Assembly: GCA_018985225.1 (NCBI GenBank)
Contig: JADGIF010000154.1
Span: 1 to 16,689 of the forward strand
DNA length: 16,689 nucleotides
Direction of reading: 5' to 3'
From: Amoeboradix gromovi X-113
Lineage: Eukaryota; Fungi; Sanchytriomycota
The notes beneath the pieces are model-generated. The model was not told the origin of the DNA. It did no database searches and saw nothing but the letters and a program-made list of their open reading frames with translations. Below are positions 9,202 to 16,689 of this stretch, one piece after another (position 1 is the stretch's first letter; each line of letters opens with the position of its first letter). A program made the translations under genes and the position numbers.

Positions 9202-11538
9202 TCAACAAAACGATACCCGTTTTTCATATTCATGAATAAGGGTCGCCTCGAGTTTCTGTTCATTAACGAAAATCTTAAGGTCATCGATCGTTGTAAATGT
9301 CTTCGTTTCTCGCTGAACCAGAACTGCATTAGCCAACTTGCGCTTATCTTTGCCCGACAACGCCATCTGAATGTACGAAATAGGATCTGTGTTGATTTTC
9401 ACGAATGGAGACGATGCTGGATGAGTCCAGAGTGTGCCATGATATCGCTGATTTTGACCATAAGCAACCACAACGCTATTCTTGGCCAAATCGACCGCGC
9501 TAACGTTGGCGTAAATGACACAGCTAAACAAGCACGCGACTAATGTGCTATTGGCTGCCAAAATGCGAGGCATAATCGACGCCTTTTGTAACAAATTTGA
9601 GACGCCGATTTGTCCCAGATTGTTCCCTCCAACATGTTTGCGTTGGTCCGTAAATAATACATATCCATCTGAGGACTTCTTCTGCAACACATAAAACACA
9701 TCAACCCCTTCGCCTCCTTCCCCGTTGATTACTACCAAACCTTCCTTCAACCAGTCATGTCGCTCATTGTAATTCCCCTTGCGTCCAATCATTGGTGACG
9801 ACATATCAGTCGAAAACTTGTCTTCAGTTTCCATTACTAGCATCGGCCTTAGTTCGACTTCGTCTTCACATCCGTTGACTATCGCGCCCTTAAACAATTG
9901 CTTGACCTTGACTACTGAGCGGCCAACAATAATCAATGAATTGATCCGCAACGCATGATAGTACGCTCCAAACACCTCCCATAATTGCCATGGTGCCTTG
10001 TCGTATATCAACTCATCAACTTTTTCAATCAATCCTTGAATGCAAAGGATCAGACAACAAACGGCGTTATCTTGAAACAAGTGAAGCGGATATTCGGAGA
10101 TACGATGAAAAATTGCATACGGAATAAGAACTTCGTGATCGTCATTGAGTAGACAAAGAGAGCTATCTCTAACTCGAGACCAACTCATGTCATTAATAAC
10201 CGCAACTTCTTCATCAACTTTCTGCCCGGCTACCGCATATGCAACAAGTTTGATAAAATTGATAGCACCTAGTGATCTTCCCCATGTCTCCACGTAGGAA
10301 TTCCTGGTAACCTTGTATGCACTCTCAATAGTTTCGATATTTAAGAAGCCATCTAAGGAAATGCATTCAATCTCCTTCAGCAGTCGCAAAACGTATTCCG
10401 TAACCCACCTCGGAACTCCACCCAGGTAAAACAAATGTCTGCGAACTGGCGCGTGCAGTAACAGCCGATCTCCCTTAGGAATTGAACTAATTGCAGTTTC
10501 CACGTCAGATTGAGTCAGTAGGTACATCGGCATACGAAGACTTTCAGTCTTGGAGGAGTTGACAATGGAAATGACAGAAAAGTCGGTTCCTGCAAACATT
10601 GGATAAATGCGTACACCAGCAACAGGAGCTGCCATAATGTCACCGAGTACGTTCAGCAAATCTTGAAGCAATTCCTCATTTCCCTTCTTCTTCCCGCCAA
10701 CTTCGTGAATCGTCTGGTACTCGTCAACTCCAAGAAACAAATGAAGAGTCTCACTTGACTTCAGCATACCGAGGTTGATACACTTTTGAAGTATAACTTG
10801 GAGAGCCAAATCAAGAGTCAACTCACCGCCATTCACGGGCAATGACTCGGTAAACCATTGACGAAACACATCGCCATTACCCTCAATAAAACACCGATGC
10901 AGCAACCTCCAAGCGAACGATGCCTCAATAAGCATTTTGCGTTCTACAGGGTGCGGCATGTGACCGTTATGATAAAGCACCAAAACACCAAGCCGAGTTT
11001 CAGGAATGCCAGCCAAATCAAATATCCGCTCCCACTCTTCCAGCATTCTTGTCTTTCCAAGACCAGACAACCCAGAGCATACCGGAATTTTCCGATGAAT
11101 TCGTGTAGTTTGAGAGATTGGCTTCGCAATTACCTTCATACATTCAGCGGCTTGTTGAAGCGCTGCATCACGGCCAGATAACGGAAACATCATATGGTCT
11201 TCGGTGAGTACGCGAGGTACGCAATGGAATTTGGTCGGATCCCCCATCTGTCGCTCAAGGAATTCTAACAGACTCGAAGCGTTCAAACTGATACGCTCTC
11301 CTTTAGGCTCTGGTGACGGCAGCTGCTGATCGACATCCATCGCGTCAATAGAGGCTGGCGGGCGGAGGTGGTTGTAAATGACAGACCCGATAATAGGATT
11401 GCGGCACAAAGCCTGCCATTGCGATTCTTGAATGCCCCGTATATCGTTAAATGAAAGAGGATCAATTTGTTCGACCATCTGATTTAGCCCATAGCCTTGT
11501 AATTTGTGAATAAGCGTGTCTTTGGTCGGCGTCGTCAT
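9202..11538 (-). CDS. Crinkler/RHS-type (CR) protein: helical header + P-loop NTPase + PD-(D/E)xK-like nuclease + C-terminal HhH-like domain (778 aa)
   Basis: Walker A SGLSGLGKT, Walker B LFLGVDEYQ and the GGVPR motif of the AAA+/STAND-like helical module. Nuclease-like WEVF...NGEGGEGVDVFY...DQRK. ComEA-like tail VKINTD...LANAVLVQR..KTFTTIDDL. The ORF is intact. Confidence 0.8.
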   Translation of the reverse strand: MTTPTKDTLIHKLQGYGLNQMVEQIDPLSFNDIRGIQESQWQALCRNPIIGSVIYNHLRPPASIDAMDVDQQLPSPEPKGERISLNASSLLEFLERQMGDPTKFHCVPRVLTEDHMMFPLSGRDAALQQAAECMKVIAKPISQTTRIHRKIPVCSGLSGLGKTRMLEEWERIFDLAGIPETRLGVLVLYHNGHMPHPVERKMLIEASFAWRLLHRCFIEGNGDVFRQWFTESLPVNGGELTLDLALQVILQKCINLGMLKSSETLHLFLGVDEYQTIHEVGGKKKGNEELLQDLLNVLGDIMAAPVAGVRIYPMFAGTDFSVISIVNSSKTESLRMPMYLLTQSDVETAISSIPKGDRLLLHAPVRRHLFYLGGVPRWVTEYVLRLLKEIECISLDGFLNIETIESAYKVTRNSYVETWGRSLGAINFIKLVAYAVAGQKVDEEVAVINDMSWSRVRDSSLCLLNDDHEVLIPYAIFHRISEYPLHLFQDNAVCCLILCIQGLIEKVDELIYDKAPWQLWEVFGAYYHALRINSLIIVGRSVVKVKQLFKGAIVNGCEDEVELRPMLVMETEDKFSTDMSSPMIGRKGNYNERHDWLKEGLVVINGEGGEGVDVFYVLQKKSSDGYVLFTDQRKHVGGNNLGQIGVSNLLQKASIMPRILAANSTLVACLFSCVIYANVSAVDLAKNSVVVAYGQNQRYHGTLWTHPASSPFVKINTDPISYIQMALSGKDKRKLANAVLVQRETKTFTTIDDLKIFVNEQKLEATLIHEYEKRVSFC

Positions 11539-11670
11539 CGTTCGTTGAAATTTTTCAAAAAAGAAAAATATTGGCTAACCGATGTGATTGGGTCACGTCC
11601 AGCCCAGCCAATCTAATTCGTCGAACCAGAGAGCGTTGAATTTTTGAAAAATATTCTCTTCTCCCTGAAA
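11539..11670. promoter_or_regulatory. Putative bidirectional promoter
   Basis: 132-bp divergent spacer. AGCCAAT occurs on both strands (11570-11576 minus, 11606-11612 plus). A perfect 12-bp inverted pair TTTTTGAAAAAT (11550-11561 minus, 11641-11652 plus) lies just upstream of each ATG. Confidence 0.6.
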
Positions 11671-12075
11671 ATGAATCTTGCTCCAGCTCACAACCCCGAT
11701 TTACCGCTATACTTCATTGATTTCGCACCAGGAACAACGGGGGCTACTTTTAATGATGAGTTTCTTCGAAGTATCCACGCCCAACGAATTCAAAACTTGG
11801 CTGAATTGGAAGCGTTGGAGGTAGATGTTAATCTGATCGTGGTCGGTCACGGAAATGGAAATGGGTTCCAAGTTGCTAATGATAACAGAGTCGTTCAACT
11901 CGATTATTCCCATCCTCAAAACTTGAATTGGAGAGCAAATGTGCAGTTGGTTCACTTATTTACATGCTATGGAGCGAATTTTATGAGCTCAACTGAAGGT
12001 TTCAGAGGATATGCTTTTGCTACTCTGTCTGTTACAAATGCCCGTGGTTTGATGTTGAATCTCTTTAGACATTAA
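11671..12075 (+). CDS. Small caspase-fold (clan CD; C80/CHAT-like) cysteine protease, 134 aa
   Basis: The first ATG is at 11671 (the ORF track uses TTG 11644). Hydrophobic-strand-preceded catalytic motifs LIVVGHG and VHLFTCYGA lie about 39 residues apart. AATAAA follows 7 nt after the stop. Confidence 0.65.
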   Translation: MNLAPAHNPDLPLYFIDFAPGTTGATFNDEFLRSIHAQRIQNLAELEALEVDVNLIVVGHGNGNGFQVANDNRVVQLDYSHPQNLNWRANVQLVHLFTCYGANFMSSTEGFRGYAFATLSVTNARGLMLNLFRH

Positions 12076-12098
12076 TGGTGCCAATAAATGTTTTACTT

Positions 12099-13130
12099 TC
12101 ATGATCTTTTACTCTGTCTTCTATCAGGTTCAATACCTTCACGTATACGCTTATCAGTACGGTATATGTCAAGTTGCTTCTGTCTTAAAGAGTTGTCTAT
12201 ATCTTGACTTAATGACGAGACTTTGAGTACTTCAAACATATTAAACTTTTGATGCTTGCCTTCAACCTGAATACTATTCAATCCCACGTTATCAACTATG
12301 TAAATCTTCAAGGTGAATCGCTGACCTTCTTTCTCGAATGCTCCTCGTTTATTCAACAGCCTGACAAAGTCACCTCGTTTGATAGCGGAATCTGTGACCT
12401 GATTGTTGTGGGCTATACTTTTTCTTATCAGTTCCACTTCATCAAACATCTCCAGTCGCTCAGGTATCTTTGCAATACTGCTATGAAACGATAAGTTGTA
12501 ATTTTGAACAAAGTCGGGCAACTTATCAATCCATCTATTTGTATTCTTGCTTGTCAAGTACTTTTCAATCATCAGTGCTATAGTGCGATTAAACCTCTCT
12601 GCGACTCCCAGACACTTCTTATCATCCTTCTCACAATACTGTGATGATATATTATGTTCATCTGTCCAATTCGTAATGCAATTATTTTGAAACTCTTTAC
12701 CATTATCTGTTTGTAGAACTTTCAAAGGGCGTCCATCATTGATCGACTGTTGACGAATTCTTTCAAATGCACCCACAACAGTTTCCTGACTTTTATCCTT
12801 CAATGCCGCGACATATGCATACTTTGTGTTGTCATTGATTACAACCAGCAGAATGTGGTAGTTTGAGTTTTGTCTCTGATATCGCGTAAGAAACGTTAGA
12901 TCTGCTTGATAGTGACCAACCTTGCCGTGAATCTTTGGTGTGCTTTTCGAATTCTTTGGTTTCTGAAACACTTGGCTGATCGGACTTTGAGCAAGGAACT
13001 CCTTAACCTGTTTCATTGTGATTTTTGGGTTCTGTTCTTTGGCGCGTCTCAACAACTTGTCAGCTCTAACAAAACCAGTTTTGGGATCGTTGAACAGCTT
13101 GTTACGTAATTGAATAGTACTCTGTGGCAT
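12099..13130 (-). CDS. Retroviral-like (rve) DDE integrase, Polinton type
   Basis: Catalytic triad in YQADL, LQTDNGKEF and AERFNRTI, plus YNxSFHSSI and the C-terminal GDFVRL...FEKEG..FT..IY motif. The probable ATG is at 13130 (MPQS...). Confidence 0.93.
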   Translation of the reverse strand: MPQSTIQLRNKLFNDPKTGFVRADKLLRRAKEQNPKITMKQVKEFLAQSPISQVFQKPKNSKSTPKIHGKVGHYQADLTFLTRYQRQNSNYHILLVVINDNTKYAYVAALKDKSQETVVGAFERIRQQSINDGRPLKVLQTDNGKEFQNNCITNWTDEHNISSQYCEKDDKKCLGVAERFNRTIALMIEKYLTSKNTNRWIDKLPDFVQNYNLSFHSSIAKIPERLEMFDEVELIRKSIAHNNQVTDSAIKRGDFVRLLNKRGAFEKEGQRFTLKIYIVDNVGLNSIQVEGKHQKFNMFEVLKVSSLSQDIDNSLRQKQLDIYRTDKRIREGIEPDRRQSKRS

Positions 13131-13167
13131 TGTATATATCAAAAAAGATAATCATCCAAAATAATAA

Positions 13168-16100
13168 TTATTTAATTGAGGCGTGAAAGAGTGGGACAGA
13201 ATCGTTGCCTACAAAATACCTTCCTTTCCACTGGACCGTATTGATTTGCTTTTCCAATGAGTCCAACTTCAGAATACTAAAAATATCAACAAGCTGTTGT
13301 TTTGAGCTTCGATTGACGTTGATGCGTCTAAAATCGCGTTGCATATCAATCTTGATCGAATTGCCAAGCATCATTGATTCAAACATATCTACATTCAGCT
13401 GATCTTTGGGGATGCCTTTGCCACGCAGATGATACTTGATCTCCTCGTGATCTTCACATTTCTCCACGTATTCTAGGAAATACAGCTTAGGGCAATCCAT
13501 ACTCCATAAAAAATCTTACAGTTTTCTCCAAGATCATCGCTGATTCCACCAATTTCATTGTCCATAACTAAACCTTTCATATTCTTCGCGTGTATTTGAA
13601 TACTGTCAATGTCTGTATAGTAGGGTGAATTTTCAAGTTGTTGTTTTAGATCGCCACTATCAAAGTATGGATTCGACTTTTTCAAATAGTCCAGCATTAT
13701 CCTACGGCTATACCCTAGAATGAAACTTCCCAGATAGCATGGTTTTGAAATCTTTGATGCAAGCTTTTCTTCATCTTGATATGTTAGGTAGAAACTTCCA
13801 TCGCTGAGGGCTCTCATTGACACGCCTCCATATTTGATATGATACTTTATGAATTCCTCGTGCAAATGTATAATGACGTTTTCATCTAGAATGGGCCTCT
13901 GAATTGTTTTCCCATACAAACCATTCATCATCAACTTAGCAAGTTTATACTGCGCGCTACCCTTTCTCGCATTCTTTTTGAATTCATAAAGGTGGTTGAT
14001 ATAGTTACCAAACACGTTATCTGTCTGCTCCCAATAATATCCTTCAATGATTTTGTACCCATTTACCAAGGCGTTATCAATATCGACAGAGTTATATGTT
14101 CCACATCCATCTCGCAAATCCCATATCAAACGACCTTCTTCTCGTCTAGGAAGAATTCCATCAATTAGATTTTTGTTTGTGATGTATTCAACTCTGTATA
14201 TACCTACTTTAGGGCATTTGCCATCTTTCTCGATCAATTCATTAAAGTATTTTAGAGACGGTGTATTTTCCCTCAAACTGTTTGGTATTCCAATTGGGAA
14301 CTCGTTTTTCATCGCGGCAGGATACAGAGAATTGACATATGCATCGATTAAATAGTCCTCAATATCTTCGAATGATATCTTCTTGTTGATATACGCATCG
14401 TGCTGACTGCTGACAAACTTGTGGTTATACTTGTAAGTTCGTCCTCCATATATTGATTCTCGAAAGAACTTCTCATGCTCAGCCGTAGGTAAGAACACTG
14501 GATTGTTTGTCTCGTCATATAGAAAGTTTATCCATGACGCGTATGTGAGTTGGGATGTTGACAGATACTTGTAGAAATTAGCACCAAAGTTTTCATAACA
14601 GCTTTTGTTCAATCGTTCTGACAACTCTTTCAGACCCAAAACATCTCCTTGCAAATAGTTTAAACAGTCGGCTTGATCAGTGTTGCACATCTTTTCCCAG
14701 TCATCTCCTAAACCATAATCACCCTTCTGAACTAAGCAGCTCAATTCTTGCAGATTCTGTCTCAAGGTTCCAGTGGTGTGTTTTGAAATGTCGAAACACG
14801 AGATGTTTCCTACGCTTGCCTTTAGAATTGCTCCATTGTTCAACAGGAGCTCATCTAACTTGATTGAGTCATCTTCAGCGTGCATTTTACTCAGTTTCTT
14901 AACCAGTTCATAATGATAGAATTTGCTTCCATTGTATGCGTTTACAAAAACTGATGAGTATACAGAATAGTTGAGTAGATGGTTGATGAACTTTTCCATA
15001 CAATCAACACCTGTGAAGTATGTGAAAGTGTTTTCAATATTATCAATGAAGCCAAGAATGTATGGCGTATGAATCTTGATGCCGCCTACTGCATTTCTTG
15101 TATGTGTTTCAATATCATAATGAACTATTACTATTTTATCATTTGGCTCATCAAAGTTGAACTTGTCACGCTTGAATGGATTAATAACATATCTGTGCTT
15201 ACCATCCTTAATCAGCTTTTATACTATCATGTTAGTATTGCAGTTGTGTTTGCTTAAGTATTTTCTACTGCAGCCTGCACACTGTTGATACTGTTTAATT
15301 TCAATCTTTGAATAGTAATCATTCTCCAACAAAAGCAAAACTTTCTCGTCTAACCCTTCTAGATCTCATAATAATATCGTTTGACCATATCTCTAACCCG
15401 TATTTACCATCCTCACTGTATTTGTGAAATATATCTAGTGCGGATTTAACATCGACCAATGAATCCTGTTCGAGGTTAAATTCTTGTCTGATGCAATTGC
15501 ACTCTTTTTTGGAAAGTTTATGTTTAATACTTGGTACATAAGACTGAATGCACTTGAAGAAGCAATTGTTATTTGATGCCTTTGGATGAGTTATTCTTTT
15601 GACGGCATCATTTGTTTTGAGCTCTCGTGTGTTACAACCTCCTTGAATGGCTTTTATTATATCAAATTTCTATCCTATTTAAATCCTCCGAATAATCCTG
15701 ATTCTTACCAAAGAATCCATCAGCATACACGTTGATCATGTGAATCAATGCTTTCTTGTTCTTAACATCAACACTCTTGAATATCTTGTATATGAAAAAA
15801 TTGTCGCTATCGACCAACTGCTGGTATTTCAACATAATAATATCATTTGGATTCAACTTTGATTGTGTGATAACAGTATCAATGAATCTGGATATAATCG
15901 TTGTTTGCGATGTTGTATCTATATGTGCTGTTTTAACCCATTTGCCCCTTTCCCTCCCCTCACTCAATTCCTTCGCGTACTTTTTCTCCTTGTTGGCAAA
16001 GTACGCTAGATCTCTTATTGGAAATAGTTCATTTCGACCAACAAGATATCCAGCATTATTCATTTTGCATTGTAAGACATATTCAACCTTTCGTTTGAAA

Positions 16101-16303
16101 TCTAAAAACTCTAGCTGATAGTAGTCGCTTGTTAAATCAGCCAAGGAACATGTGAGCTCCCTCAACAATAGGTTAGAATTATTCAGTTTTTTCCTCAGGC
16201 ATTGATGCTTTGTATCGAAGGTGGTATCAAATTCATCAACCAGATAGTCCAAAGCTGGAAGTCTCCTGGGCTCATTGAAAGTTAGCTGGTTAATGCTAAC
16301 CAT
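13168..16303 (-). pseudogene. Protein-primed family B DNA polymerase polyprotein, disrupted (~1040 codons)
   Basis: Motifs: Exo I HYDIET (~15105-15123), Exo II YNGSKF(Y), Exo III YLQGD, SIYGGRT, motif A (Y)VNSLYP, motif B KLMMNGLYGK, motif C YTD(I)DS, APKLY and KGIP. Frameshifts at ~15665, ~15360 and ~13491 and a TAA at 15219-15221 join track ORFs 15662-16303, 13473-14999 and 13168-13500. Confidence 0.9.
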
Positions 16304-16359
16304 GGCTCTTGTATATAATAGGGAAATATTTTTATTCTGAAATTAAATAAATAATAACT

Positions 16360-16594
16360 TTGACGTTTTACCTTTCACGTTTGCCGTTTACACTTTCACC
16401 TTTAAAGTTTGAACTTTGAGCTTTTAGGTTTCTCCTATGGACCTTTGTACCTTTGGGCGATTCATCTTTGAAAGTTTCATCTTTTACCTTTGCACCTTTG
16501 ACCTTTGTACCTTTCATCTTTGCACGTTTGCACCTTTGCATCTCTGTACCTTTGCACCAATCACGTTTCACCTTTGTACGTTTTCAACTTTGAA
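16360..16594 (-). repeat. Right subterminal array of the same 7-8-bp repeats, inverted
   Basis: CACCTTTG / GTACCTTT / CATCTTT units on the plus strand. Confidence 0.9.
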
Positions 16595-16632
16595 CTAATT
16601 ATTTAATTTTCAAGAAAATATCTTTGCATATG
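16588..16632 (-). repeat. Right terminal inverted repeat core
   Basis: The reverse complement reads CATATGCAAAGATATTTTCTTGAAAATTAAATAATTAGTTCAAAG. Confidence 0.9.
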
Positions 16633-16685
16633 GGACACCAAATATAAAAACTAGACTAACTCGTTTTTATAGGAGGTGTTCCATA
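16629..16685. repeat. Imperfect 57-nt palindrome/hairpin
   Basis: TATGGGACACC-AAA-TATAAAAAC-(11 nt)-GTTTTTATA-GGA-GGTGTTCCATA. Confidence 0.85.
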
Positions 16686-16689
16686 CGGA

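Larger units (their letters stand above)
8943..16632. mobile_element. Polinton/Maverick-like element (pPolB + rve integrase) without recognisable capsid genes, ~7.7 kb, polymerase decayed
   Basis: Inverted repeats at both ends, inverted subterminal repeat arrays, and adjacent co-oriented pPolB and rve integrase genes, which is the defining Polinton pair. The true termini are uncertain because no target-site duplication is seen. Confidence 0.85.

Noticed and set aside
9109-9543. 144-aa plus-strand ORF
   Set aside because: It has a GTG start inside the repeat array and lies antisense to the CR gene; no motifs.
9202-11538. 778-aa NTPase as the Polinton packaging ATPase or an SF3 helicase
   Set aside because: Its size, the GGVPR motif and the fused nuclease-like and HhH-like regions fit CR-type NTPases better.
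13168-13500. 110-aa ORF as a separate gene
   Set aside because: It is the pPolB C-terminus (PKLY, KGIP). A 1-nt loss in GCCC at ~13491 splits WIA/PKLY.
13473-15670. Programmed frameshifting or an alternative genetic code to rescue pPolB
   Set aside because: Several indels plus catalytic substitutions point to decay. Neighbouring genes end normally at TAA, TAG and TGA.
16368-16571. 67-aa Lys-rich ORF
   Set aside because: It is a translation of the subterminal repeat array, not a plausible gene.

Overview
The window is AT-rich, gene-dense eukaryotic DNA with no apparent introns. It carries an eL32 ribosomal protein, an ELO elongase with a KKxx tail and a Pol III tRNA; a compact fungal or protist genome is my inference. 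The left half (1-8700) holds host genes: a secreted repeat protein, tRNA-Arg(TCT), an LRR-like ORF, the elongase, RPL32 and a Cys-rich GPI-like protein. It also holds transposon debris: two probable hAT relics and a tandemly duplicated TnpB/Fanzor C-terminal fragment. The right half (~8943-16632) is a ~7.7 kb Polinton/Maverick-like element bounded by ~45-bp inverted repeats and inverted arrays of 7-8-bp subterminal repeats. It encodes a disrupted protein-primed DNA polymerase B and an intact rve integrase. The polymerase reassembles across 3 frameshifts and 1 stop into a putative terminal protein - GG|C - vOTU - Zn finger - exonuclease - polymerase polyprotein. No capsid, packaging ATPase or adenain gene is recognisable. 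Instead the element carries an intact divergent gene pair: a Crinkler/RHS-type NTPase + restriction-fold nuclease + HhH protein (778 aa) and a minimal caspase-fold (clan CD) His-Cys protease (134 aa). The two genes share a symmetric bidirectional promoter, and this cargo pair is the best candidate for an undescribed system. All family assignments come from motif recognition by eye; no searches were run.
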